From Phoronis australis (taxonomy: Eukaryota; Animalia; Phoronida), in assembly GCA_002633005.1 (NCBI GenBank), contig NMRA01000217.1, positions 62,001 through 126,000 of the forward strand: DNA of 64,000 bases. Direction: 5' to 3'. Below the pieces are notes generated by a model. That model was not told the origin of the DNA, did not search any database, and saw only the letters and a program-made list of their open reading frames with translations. Every line of letters starts with the position of its first letter. Positions within the stretch are counted from its first letter, which is position 1. A program made the position numbers and the translations under genes. Shown one piece after another: positions 52,097 through 64,000 of this stretch.

Positions 52097-53917
52097 TCTA
52101 GTCAGGGAACCTGCCAGGGAATTACACCTACATATTGTTGTTTCGCGTCTGGATAGGTGGTAGTGCGCAATGAGATATTAAATAGGCCTGGAACCCGATA
52201 AACAGATTAAAATTACAATATTGAAAGTGGGTCTCAGCCACTGAAACTGAATTAAACCTGCTCTCCAGGTATTTTCAGGGTTTGTTCTTGAAGATTTTTT
52301 AATTTTTGTTGATATCAAAGCATTGTTTTAGTTTCAATTTTCAAAAAACGATCTGTCAACTGCTCGCTCGATTTTTCTCCGACAAAGCAAAGCACGTCAC
52401 TCTCCTTATTTGGTATGGCAAGACAGCACAGTGTATACACCTAGCATATTTCCCTTATGTGTATGGAAAATGTGACCTTTAACTTCAATCAACTTCAAGC
52501 AACTGACTATGAGCGCATGCGCGCATTTAGCGTAAGTGGGAGCATAGAATATAGTACATGGACCGCCAACTCCGCATACTTTCAATGGACGAAATATGTG
52601 CTCACTAAGCACATCGTTACGACATTATTCACTAACGACACCTGGCCCAATTACCTGGTGTTATTTCCGGCAAGTACGTCCTCTGTTGTGTGGTCGGGTG
52701 GTAGTAGCATTGCTAAAAGTACTCACGATACTAACAGTTCTACGATTTTAAGGTTTTGAACAGCGTTTCAATGCCGTGAGTATTATTTTGCTTTCGTTGT
52801 ACAGGACAGTAAAATAGATGCGTGAATTTCCCGTCACAATACACTAACCGGAAACTGAACCAGATAATTTAGGAGAATGGCGCCTCCTCTTGGATAGCAC
52901 GGAAGAAAATGTCGGAGTTGCGAATCTGTTGCCTATAATCTATGGTGGGAAGGAGATTGGAAACTGTGTAACTACATAGTTTTTCCTTCGTGCGTATTTC
53001 AAAAAATTCGTTATTTAGTGATTTTTCTGGAAATTCCCTAACAAGAGAAAGTGAATTTCTCGTTGCGAGAATGTACTTTCGTCAAGAATTGTTTTAAAGA
53101 TATTTTGACTACTGGAGCTTTCACGTTCCATGCCTCTTTAAGCTCGCGAGTATTATTAAGTTATGCATCTGTAACAAAAGAATATATAGTCCAGTTTTGT
53201 GCAATAGATTTGCTTCAAATACCACCCTTGTCTGAAACTAATTGGCCAAAGCAGGGAGATGCTTTGGATGGGAACCAGTCAGTATCGGTGACCATTTTAA
53301 GTGAGTGACTTAAGTTAATGGAAACTAATTTTTAAGCGTTTTCACTTGTAATCTTTAAAGATCGGAACTTTACCTTCTACTCATATTTTAAGCAGCAAAG
53401 ACTACCGGTATTACTCCAAAAGTAACAAAATTAAACGTCGGACAAAACAGGGGTAGTGATCTAATATGCTTGTGTGCCAGTTTCGCACTTCTTGGTGAAA
53501 CCGGTTGTGACTATCCATTTCACTTTCGCTAAAAGCTTTTCTGCTAAATTAATTGTGGAAGTAATTACTTCTTCAGCATTATGAACGATCTGTTCTCATT
53601 ATAACAAGCTTCAATATTTCTTTCAGGGACTAACGACACAACAATACGGCATCATTCTGAAAATTGACTTGCGAGCGGCTGCACGACATTATTGCAAAAA
53701 AAATTGGAGATCGTGCGCACGAAGTTTATGGAACCTTCATAAGAGATACTTAACGAGCATGCGCCAATTCTTCCGCCAATTGACGTAGTTGGGCGAGTTA
53801 TTTATTTCGCGAACAGCTTGTTTTCTATAGCAGTCAATGAAGTAACGTGTAAGTGCGCACTGTTGTTATCATGGAGTATGTGATTATAGCCGACACTATA
53901 CCAAAATAATAGCTGAA

Positions 53918-54386
53918 ATGGATGAGAATCTGTCCCGAGGTTACTGCAGTTTCACCGCAGACAATTTCAGCGCTGACGACAGAGAGTCGACAAAAAAATC
54001 TTTCAAGAGCACGGAAACACGCCAGCTACCCAAAGACCCGTGCAGTTGTGTCTATCTCTGCTTAGTTCTTGCGGGTGCAGGCTTTCTCCTCCCTTACAAT
54101 AGCTTCATCACCGCCGTGGACTACTTTCAAGAAAAATTTCCGGGAACTACGATAGTATTTGACATGAGTTTAACGTACATATGCATTGCTTTCCTAGCCG
54201 TGTTCATTAACAACGTTTTGGTGGAGACGTTTAGCGTCACGACTCGCATTACGTTTGGCTACGTTGTCTCTTTCTGTACACTATTTTGCGTCGCGGTGTT
54301 TGAAGTATGGTACGAACTTTTACAGCCATCGGTCTCCTACGGACTTAACCTCTTAGCCGTAGCGGTGGTTGCCTTTGGGTGTACGG
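53918..54386 (+). CDS. SLC29A4: Equilibrative nucleoside transporter 4-like, coding exon 1
   Basis: LAGAGFLLPYNSFITAVDY..KFPGTTIVFDMSLTYI matches ENT4/PMAT TM1-2; donor G|GTAAGT at 54387; likely acceptor tttctttcAG at 53626 giving a 5'UTR part. Confidence 0.92.
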
Positions 54387-54901
54387 GTAAGTACAATAAC
54401 GAAGTTAACTCTTTTTGAAATGTCATTGTCTTTCACGATATCGTGTAGCCTGCATGAGCATTCACAATTCAATAGTTTAAACTATCTCACCAAAAACATC
54501 AATACTAGCAGCACTGTTGTTGTCACGAGGATTCTTTAATTCGGCCCTCCGCAAACATCTCATTTTCACGGGTCTCTGAGTGTTTCACAGCTTCGCTCGG
54601 CTCGTCGTCTCATGAATATAATGCGTTTTATGACAGGGGTGTCCAAACAACGGCCCGTGGGACAACTGTGACCTGCGTTCAGTTTGTTATTGGTCCCTGA
54701 TAAAGTTTTGACAATGGCCGTTATACCGCCAAATCGTATTCTTAAAGCAAACTCCAAATTTTGTTTACACGGAACTCCGAAGCTGCTTACTGAGCTGCCG
54801 GGTTTAAAATATTAACGCCCTTAAATGAGAGTGATGCCGAATGAGTCGGCAACTCAAGTGAAAATACGAGAATGAGCCATTTTTGATTTCGTAGGTTCAG
54901 G

Positions 54902-54915
54902 GTTGCCAGGGCAAC
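54902..54915. promoter_or_regulatory. RFX X-box consensus GTTGCCAGGGCAAC
   Basis: palindromic match to the consensus; function untested. Confidence 0.35.
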
Positions 54916-55056
54916 CCAGAATAAACTGGGAAGCATTTTCTTGAATTGCAGATGTTTTTTTGATGTTTTTGTTGATAACGGAAATCAAGTCACTCACGCT
55001 GTGTTAAGTGACTTGCGTCGCACTGCAACCTACTCCAGACATGCTGACGGGCTTAA

Positions 55057-55398
55057 AAGGATACCAAACCCAAGTTTTGGTGATTTCAACCTGTTGTTGT
55101 TCTGTCACCTGTTAATGCATCATTGGCAGGATTTATTTAAAAATTCGTACCGTCTGTGTCATTGATTATAAATCACGGTTCTCGGTACTCCTCCCCCGCT
55201 ACAGTTGCCATGTAACTCACCTAAAGCCGCATGTCGCGCTTGTCTGTTCAGCAAGCTTTGAAAGTTTTTTTTCCAAAATTTGCTCCAACCTTTTGAGGGT
55301 TATCGTGGGTTACAGGGCATTACTTTTGTTTCAGAGAACTGGGTGTGAAAGTCGTTTTTAAAATTTGTTAGCAGGCTAAAACCGGGTTTCGTATCCTT
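55057..55398. mobile_element. Kolobok-like MITE nested in a hAT-like element; diverged copy at ~56040-56365
   Basis: TTAA|aaggataccaaaccc ... gggtttcgtatcctt|TTAA. Confidence 0.75.
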
Positions 55399-56541
55399 TT
55401 AATCACACCATTGCTCCGATTTAGTGCATTACTGATGACGTCAATTGCAATCTTGTATTTTTGCATTCACATGCGCTCACTAGTAGTAACTTGTATTTAC
55501 TTCTTCTTTATATTCCGTCGTCGTGTCAGGCTCTACAGTGGATTCGTGTACAACATACTGACGAAACAAGTCCAGTATAAGTTACATGTACAACTACTTC
55601 GAATCGGAATAAATTTCACTTCACTGCAAATGTTTATGCCCCAGCCTTGCGCAGTAACTACTCTTGTCCGTTGTATCGTTTGCGTGGCCCGTTGCGGAAA
55701 AAGTTTGGACACCCTGGCTTTGCTTTGTTTTGTTGTAAGCTAATGGGGCCTTTCAGTTAAAGTTTAGTGCGGTAAACTGAAGCTGTAGTTTAACATCAGC
55801 GCCACCGCCTGCATTGGTGAAGCTCCTGTCAACGAATATGTTTTTATTCAAATTTTCAACCTACGAAACCATCAATTTTCAAATTCCCTGTGGATCTTAG
55901 GAAAACAAGTTGTACATAAAAGTAAACCAAGGCTCTTCGATTTTCACGAAAATTCTCGTAACTTGAACATACATGAAAATTTCAGGTTGTACCATGTATA
56001 TCCATATTTGTGCCATGGGCCTAAATGTGAAAATTTTGCTCAACCCTGTCTTGATGTTTTCATCCACTCCCCGTTCTATCACTTGCTAACGGATCGACGT
56101 CAATCCTTTAAGACAAAACCAGAAATCATCTATAAACTAATATAGAGTGGATTTTGTGGTTCTTAATGAATGGCCTTTCCCCACATGCAGTTGTTGTGTA
56201 ACGCTTGCCCGTTAAGCAGACTTTGAATGGAGTTTTCCTGGTTAATTTTACTCTAAACCTTTGAGGGATGTTTAGAGTTACAGATCATTAATTTGCTTCA
56301 GAGAACTGAACGGGAACATTTTTTAATTAGCTGTTGATGGGCCAAAACCGAGTTTGGAATCCTTCGCACTGAGAGCTGTAATTTAGAGCCACGGACATGG
56401 ATATCGTTTTCACCCCGGCACATTCTCAACTCGGTCCGAAATGTTCGCTAATAAAGATTTACACCTACTGTCAGATGTCTGTTCCTGGCTGTTTTTCAAT
56501 GTATTAGAGCATATAATTGACATGTATTTTTTCAATTTAAG

Positions 56542-56616
56542 TTCAACAATCAAGTTTCTATGGATACACGGGGATGTTACCGAGGCGATACACTCAAGCT
56601 GTGATGACCGGAGAAA
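56542..56616 (+). CDS. SLC29A4: ENT4-like exon 2 (VQQSSFYGYTGMLPRRYTQAVMTGES)
   Basis: hallmark ENT4 peptide; tttaAG acceptor and GTAAGA donor; phase 1/1; missed by ORF track. Confidence 0.93.
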
Positions 56617-57040
56617 GTAAGATAATTATATTAACCTTTTCATGTAAGCTAGGAGCGTTTTTCAAAGAGGGCGCCTTAATCGACAGCAACTAGCAATTTC
56701 ATCATTAACTATGATGCAACTGCAATGAGTTGTCTTAAACAATGTCGTACCAGCCACCGAGAAATTAAATAAACACCTGTCATATAAATCAGGGCCTGGG
56801 ACTCTAGTACATTCACTTAAGACCTAACTCAAAATTATTTTTGGCCTTTCCTAGTCTACTTCTGTGCGAACTCATAATAAGTGTCTATTACTCCATGCAC
56901 AAGTAGATAATGCCTTACGTGGATAATCCTAGTTTGTACTTGACGACACCAGCATTAGGGCTGAAAGTTCGAGCCCAGAGAGGGCCCGAACTTTTACTCG
57001 AATTTGTACCTTCAATCTAGGGGTCTGTTATGATATATAT

Positions 57041-57983
57041 TGTTATGATCGACAAATTTTGTCACCTGACAACATATGCCGGGTGTGGCGTTATGTGTGT
57101 CAGAAATTGACTGTGGGTTTGTTTATAAGGTAGCTATTCTTTGAGATTGTGCGTAGATGGAGAGAGAATGTTTAAATCCAGTAATCAATCAATTATATGA
57201 TAGCCACTAATTATAACAAGTGAAACCTGTTGTTAGTAAAGTAAACTAACAATGGAGAAGAGTAACTATGCTAGCTCCCTCTGTAAGGATTACTTGAAAC
57301 AATTAACCAAAATAATCAAACGTCTTCTCTGCTATCCAAGCTGTAGGACTCTCCACTTGTTGGATGATAGTCCTGTTGTTCGAACTACACACACACTGTA
57401 CGGCGACAGTGTACTCGCTGGTCACACTTCTGAGTGACACAACACTTGCAGGCAGTACTTTCTATCCACGATTCCTCTTGCTGGTCACAGTCCCTCGTGA
57501 CGCAACACGTATAGGCATTATCTTACTACCCACAATGCAACTGACAAGCTCTTCCTGTTCGTTAACCCTTGCCCTTGCCAAGATCCTCTTTAGAATCTTC
57601 TACGAGATGGCGGTGTTGTACAATTTCCTCTGTACACTGTAGCAAGTCTTTCAGCTTCAACTACTATAGCTCATCTGATCCTGTTAATTTCAGCCCAAAT
57701 TATAATAGTCTACTTATTTAGCGATTGGCTAAGAAAAAACACATGATCCTATCTAATCATGTCATTGGCTGTTACGATTTGTTCTCAGAAATTTCTAGAA
57801 TCTCTAGAGTGCTTTGTCCCCAGAACCCAAAGTTGTAAACACCATCTAAAAATATATTTTGACGTTAAAGTACATGTCAACAAGTTTGACCCCATGATTT
57901 GAAAGTACATAGGCCAATGCACAAAATTTGGGCAACTTATGGATCTATTCTTACTAATTACTTAATCGATATTTATTCTGACA
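57041..57983 (-). mobile_element. Possible solo LTR; left boundary uncertain
   Basis: shares the end tattctgaca and tctagaa motifs with 50579-51257; TGTTA start candidates at 57026 and 57041. Confidence 0.4.
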
Positions 57984-58814
57984 CAAGACTTTTTGAACTT
58001 TTTGGTTTGACCACATTGGGAAAGTTCTCCTTGGTTTCTCTGCAGGAGTTAAGATGCCCACTGGGCTGCTGACTGGGTGTGTACCCAGCTGCGTACACTG
58101 TTCCTCCGGCTTTTTCGTAGGATACTGATTGGGATAGCAGGTTCAGGTACACAATGCATGAGAACGCTAGGTGCTATGCGAGTCTTTCTGCATTTTCATT
58201 GCCTTTAATTTCTTCATGGACTCTGACCCAGTGAATGTTGACAGTTCTTTTGACTGCAAGCTTAAGCTTGTTAAGCTCATTAACAAAAGCATTAACACAG
58301 CCAGAGTTGACCTTTGTTCTTTAGGGCTTTTTTCAATGCTGCTTGGCTTTCTGAAAAGATGGTAATTGGCTGGCTTGTCCAGCCCACTGTGCTATCCTGC
58401 CACTTGATCAGCTCTTTTAATGCAGTTTTCTCAGAATGGAATCCGCTGCCAAATTGCTTAGCGATACCCAGTTTTCTGCATCTGTGATATGAAGGCTTGG
58501 AAAATATGTTCCAGCTCATGCCAGGCCATTTTCCAGTTAAAAGTCGTCCGTGTTACAGACCACTTCATTCTTGTGTTCTGCACAGTAGAGGGCGTCCGTC
58601 AGCAATTTCCGACAAGGAAATGCCGAAGACTGGCTTTGCGTAAATTGTAGCAAGGAAGAGATCTTAATTGATAAACTGTTTTCCAAGCTAATATCTCCGC
58701 CAGTTTAATAACTACTGCACCAAGACATTGTCAATCAATTATTCTCATTACTAGGCTGCTTAATGAGTGCATTATATGACGTACCTGCAGAAATAGTCTC
58801 CATTACTAACTTAA

Positions 58815-60297
58815 AGGAGAATGCCACCCAAAAAACAACCTATTTTGTATCAATTTAGATCGAATAGTTCAGCAAGTTCAATTGTTTTACCTGACACCTA
58901 ATGGCAGACGGAAATTAACCAATGACGTAATTGGTTCGAACGCAGTTGTTCAGCCGTTCACAACACGCGTACTGGTGTTAACTTATCGCTTGAATTCATC
59001 GTTTTACACCCAGAAATCCTTGAAATTCGATGTAAACCCCTTACAAATACATCGAGTTCTTCAACAAACGTGTTGTATTATTTCACTGTTACGGATTTAT
59101 TGGTATTTGAACGTATCGTAGCCTACAGAGTTTGGTAGGTCAATTTACCATGGGTCTGTTTGGTGATAAATTCGGATCATTCTTTCGTGAAATACAGACG
59201 GGGCAACATAGCTGTGTGTTGTACTTTTAGACTTGTGATTTTTTCAGTTCTAAAAACACAAAACTCTAATATCTTCCAGCCAGTGGCTCGGAACCCGATC
59301 TGGCCGTCGCGGCCGCCGGGACTGGACATCACGATCATTAATCAGCTTAAGTTGGAAACAATAAACTCGTCACAAAAAGACTATAATATTGAACCAAAGA
59401 AATAACGTGCACGTAATTATTTAGGTGAATTAGCCACGAAACTGAAAATCTACTTACATATCGGGGGCCGTGAAGAAGTCAGGTCTCCTCCACGGAGCCG
59501 TTAGGTCAAAATTTGTACAGTTACAATGTTTTCAATAATATATTTAAAAATGAAGATTTCCTTAACATGTGACCATAACATATAAGCTCGAGTTATTGTT
59601 TGGCAAAAGTTGTCACCGCGGTGTTAATTTGTTCCGTGTCAGTGCCTTTTACACACTGGAACAACTCGTTCCGTGTCAGCTGATCCGTGTCAACTTTTGT
59701 AGTGTAAGAGGCACTATAAACGTTTACATGGCAACTCTTCCGGCGCCAGTCTCGACTTGGTCGAGAGCTCATCCGACGATGACTTCACGGTTCAGATCGT
59801 TAGGTTTCACAGGCTATCATTTCGAACCGGAATACACTGACCAATAAATACTAGAGAGGCGCCATGAACAAGCACAGTCAACGAAACGTATGGATATATC
59901 TTTGGTAAGCCAGAATTCGTCAGAGAAATCACTGGCGACGAAATGCCGGCAACAGACACGGAGATGTTTCACGGCCTCATACTTGCTATTAACAGGGTAC
60001 TTTTCATTCTTCACTACCCCGATCCACTTCCATTTGGGCTGTCAAGGAAGTCAAAAAAACGATATACCCGCTTTCTTCGCAGCTTCATAGTAGTTCGGAC
60101 AAGCGGGAAAAATGCAAGGCAATATAGCGGCATTCCCTCTGCAGATGAACCACTGACGTCACTGCGTCGTTCCTCACCTTCCTCATAGGTTAACGCGACA
60201 CCTCTCGGCAAAGTGAGGTCGAATGTATAAGAGGCGATATGGATATGGACCGATTAAGACGGTGAAAAAGACTAATTAAATCGGGTGGCATTCTCCT
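58815..60297. mobile_element. Kolobok deletion derivative, 1.5 kb, in ENT4 intron; same family as 32417-34644
   Basis: perfect 15-bp TIR aggagaatgccaccc with TTAA on both sides; GYHFEPEYTDQ remnant on +; THAP remnant RVCCRHFVASDF on -; both ends homologous to the 32417 copy. Confidence 0.9.
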
Positions 60298-60536
60298 TTA
60301 AGTGGGTTGAATGGCTTTTCTGGTGAGCGAAAGTATGAAATCTCGCTTAAATTTCGTGTAGTAATGTACACTAAAATGCGACATTTCATTTTCACATATT
60401 GTATCAGCATCACTCAAAGCTTGCAAATATTACCAACGTCTGAGAAAAGTCAGTAATCGGATGATGATAGAGTGTTATGTCAGTAATTTACACGTGCAAT
60501 GGGGCCATTGTCCCTATTTCTTCTTTTTCCCCGTAG

Positions 60537-60775
60537 GTGTCGCTGGTCTGGCAGTTTCAGTGAACAGAATCCTCACTAAAGCCTTTCTTCGTGACGAGAG
60601 GACGAACACGATGATCTTCTTTTCCGTCTCTGTGCTGACCGTCTTCTTGTGTTTCCTCGTCTTCATGGCTCTTCGAAAAACTACGTTTGTACAGTACCAT
60701 ACTAAACGTTGTGAAATTTCCGGTGTGCCGAGCGACCTGAAAGGAATCGTGTTCGACACTGAAAGCCCTGAGGAG
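60537..60775 (+). CDS. SLC29A4: ENT4-like exon 3 (VAGLAVSVNRILTKAF...SPEE); gene continues beyond window
   Basis: ttttccccgtAG acceptor; GAG|GTAACG donor (end less certain); S.AG...S..RI.TK ENT motif. Confidence 0.88.
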
Positions 60776-61152
60776 GTAACGCCATATGTGTCTATGGGGC
60801 GGCTCCTTGACCTGGTCGCTATGACTTACGATAAGTATTTCCAAATATTCGCAGTATGGTTATTTCCGGCACTGCTGCTCTCCAGCAGATCACGGTAAGG
60901 CACTCTTCAGGTTCAATTTGCCTTAAGGTAACAGGGGTTTAGGCGACTGGGTGGAAGGGGTCGTCCCTTTACTGCAGTTTCAGCCACGGAACGCGTTTTC
61001 TCAAGAAAATCCATTCCGACACTGTTCTATTAAGTAAAATTTCCACAGTATTCCATTTGTACGGAAACATAGTATTTTGTTCCAGTAGTCTTTTTGATTC
61101 TCCCCCCATTTCTTGAGACTACGCCACTGAAACTACAAGTACAGTGTACTAA

Positions 61153-62558
61153 CGGCTAAATCGCAATCAAGGTCCATATTCGAGAGTTGACTGTGTTACG
61201 GTCTAAAATAATTTTTGGTCACTTACCAAATGCCAAATGACTCTGATATGCAAAGAGGTATTTAGTTGTGCAAATTAAAAAAGAATCATCAAAATCGGAC
61301 AATGTTTAAGAAATTTATGCATGTTTTTGTCCATGAATTTCTTGCATTTTTAGCGTTACGAGTGGCCATTTAAAAATCACAGTTTTCAACTGTCAACAGT
61401 AGAAATGAAATTTATTTTATTAAGTAAGCAATTGATTAGATATGACTGGGAATAACCTGAGTCACTTTCAGAATCACTTAGATAAAGTTGTGCTTAATCA
61501 TTGAGAAATGGTAGGGTTCGTCATAAAACAGGCACTCGTTACGAAATTTGTAAATTATGTGTTTCTAACCCTCACCTACTGTAAAGAAGGTTAAAAACTA
61601 AAGTTCATACTCTGTAATGAAAAGAACTGCAGAATAATATGTTAGCCTAGGCAGCGCAACAAATTATTCAATATCTAAACAAACCAAAGTTTTGGATATT
61701 GACTGGGTTCTGCTATGTTGAAAATGGGCCAAAAAGGCAAAAATGTAGTGTACGTACTCCCATGTGGAATTCAGCAACACAAATGGTCATTGCATATGAA
61801 ATTATTGCCTTTCAAATAACAACATGGTGCTTATTATCATCAAAGAAAAATAAATGGTCATACATTATGTTACCATGTGATGCAGAAACACTGATGTAGT
61901 GTACGTACCCCCATGTTTACAAATGCCATAAAATTAAAATATCACTTGGTAAGTGATCAATGTTGGTCATAGACAGTTTCCTTCCTAAAAATGTTAGATT
62001 AAAAGGGTGTTTATTACAAATACATTTGTTTTGAGGGAAATATTAGCATTTGTGTAGTGTGCGTACCTCTATATTTTAACATGTGCCTGTTTTCAAAGAA
62101 AGGCAGACAGATATGCACATGTATGCTGTACTTTTTATTTGTTCTCTTTGAATAGATTTGGTAAATGAACTAACTCTCAGTAAATTCTAGGTATTTTTAT
62201 AAACCTGACAAGTCATTGAAATCTAGTGTAGGCCTAAATACCCCTGTGTAGTGTACGTACACGTACATTCAACCTATGTACTATAAAGTATTGCCCACAA
62301 GTATTTTTAAATACTGCTGTTCTCATGAACAATAGTTATATTTCCAAAATGCATCCAGTCTGACAAAAAATGTGCAATTATCAAATTTGTGGAAAATAAA
62401 ATGCCACACAGGACTTGGCTAGAAACACCCTAGAGGACATGTCATGTGACAACTGATGTTGCAGAGGCAGGCTCTCTATCTCTCAAAACAACTTGCAACA
62501 AACCAACAAGTGGAGGCAGCACAAAACTCGAGATCATTCCATACATTCGTAACTTAGT

Positions 62559-62625
<67 letters not shown>

Positions 62626-63416
62626 AAACAACAAAGAATGGATCAACTGAAATTTTCGGATATAATGACATCCTTCATCAACAGAAACAGAAATAAAGTA
62701 AAATCAAACACTATATGACAATTGACATTTAAGATGTGGCGTAAAGAATATAATACATTGTTGCGGAAAAGATTCAATGATATAATTTAAGAAGTTTTTA
62801 TGTTTAATCCATGAGGTTCTAGTGTATTGAGCTTGTCAAGCTTGTCAAGCTCATCGTTGATTGACTGTGCGTAGTGTACGTACCCCCACTAACCAGCACC
62901 ATTGTTTACTGTTTACAAGTTGAACACTGGGCTTAGCCTTGCTTTAACTATTTTGACCAACTGGTGAATGTATTTAAAGCTAGGCAAATAGCACCAATAA
63001 AGTTTTGGAAAAAGTAGTTACTTGTAATTTTCTTTGTAAGAGAACAATTTTTCATTATACTGTGTTAAGATATGCAATGTATCATCATCTAGAACAACTT
63101 ATCAGCACGGTAATAACTTTTCTTACTTTAGTATGGGATACTTCATCAATTTGATCAAAAAATTAACAGCTACCTTATGAATTTTTGCATGATATAAGTA
63201 GGCTGTGACCACAAGTTTTAGTGTACGTACCCTTTTATACAACTGTGATGCATTAGGCCATAACATTTTATTCGGTGGTTCTTGTGCAAAAATATTTTAG
63301 ATTACAAACCTGGAATGATGGTACTTTAAAATAACATAGCTTTTACACTTATATGACAACTTTCATTTTTCACCAAAAGTGGCCACCGAACATGGACCTT
63401 GATTGTGATTTGCCCG
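61153..63416. mobile_element. 2.26-kb non-coding TIR element in ENT4 intron
   Basis: ~30-bp TIR cgg..aaatc(g/a)caatcaaggtccat(a/g)ttcg; internal repeated gtagtgtacgtac motif. Confidence 0.75.
62567..62622. repeat. (TG)n microsatellite
   Basis: seen directly. Confidence 0.97.
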
Positions 63417-64000
63417 TATGCAAAGCACGTGGGTGCAGAAAATAAGCTTAACGGATGCGGCAGAAATGAATGTCGCAAAAAAGCACCAAAACGCTGATTA
63501 GCACTCTCCTTTTAATTACAGATTGTCTAAAGATGCTTACATGTACGTAAGCCTAAAAACATAGTTGGTTCTGGTATGTCTTTTTCAAAATCTAGTCGCT
63601 GGTGTGATATTTATTTATTTGCTCAAATTTGCAATAAAGAAAATCCCCTAAGACGAATGAAAATCATAATGCGGGTTTTGTTTTTATGAATGTTTTGCTC
63701 ATCGCTTGGAACATGAAAATCATTGCGTTTCAAACCTTGCTTTCATGCTTAGAAAAAAAAAAACAATATATCTCGGTCGAAACTGATGCCTACCGACTTT
63801 TTAGTCGGTGAGAGCAGGTATCAAAATGAGTCGGGTAAAAGTTATGTTTTTGGCCTAATATGTTAGTTTCAATTTGCTTTGAACATCATGGAACTCTAGC
63901 CCCGTAATGTCAACTCCCGCACGTGACAAGTGTATTCTATTGTTGAAATGAAGTTACGTATTTGCGGAAACACGTGAGTTTTGGTTGTTGAGTGTTTGTT

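Larger units (their letters stand above)
54634..55716. mobile_element. hAT (Charlie-like) non-autonomous element
   Basis: TIR caggggtgtccaaac ... gtttggacaccctg with subterminal ggccc motifs; no clear 8-bp TSD. Confidence 0.6.

Noticed and set aside
55057-56366. Two ~330-bp direct Kolobok-like repeats as a KolobokP long-terminal-direct-repeat pair
   Set aside because: The copies are strongly diverged, one lies inside and one outside the hAT-like element, and no coding sequence lies between them; independent insertions fit better
58040-58680. Coding-like minus-strand segment in the ENT4 intron
   Set aside because: Interrupted frames and no recognisable domain; probably decayed transposon sequence
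1-64000. Most short ORF-track entries; CRISPR, operon, rRNA or tRNA features
   Set aside because: The sequence is spliced eukaryotic DNA; the short ORFs lack domains and no repeat-spacer array or structural RNA gene was recognisable

Overview
Eukaryotic, intron-rich, transposon-dense DNA (AT-rich; looks like a marine invertebrate, which is an inference). It holds two divergently oriented spliced genes. (1) A complete 9-exon minus-strand gene (CDS 25672 down to 84; 1872 nt, 623 aa when spliced by hand with consistent phases) encoding a two-cyclic-nucleotide-binding-domain protein of the CNBD1/CNBD2 type. (2) The first three coding exons of an equilibrative nucleoside transporter 4 (SLC29A4/PMAT-like) gene on the plus strand from 53918, continuing past the window. 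Introns and the intergenic region contain three Kolobok deletion derivatives (TTAA TSD, convergent THAP and KolX/P2X7-ballast-like remnants), Kolobok-, Harbinger- and hAT-like MITEs (three with exact 5-bp TSDs), THAP remnants, Tx1 and CR1/L2 LINE fragments, two probable solo LTRs, a hairpin-ended MITE family with a 275-bp tandem expansion, and a perfect 73-bp-arm foldback. I found no rRNA, tRNA, CRISPR or prokaryotic system, and I cannot claim a clearly new biological system; the best leads concern transposon architecture. All alignments and family assignments were made by eye.
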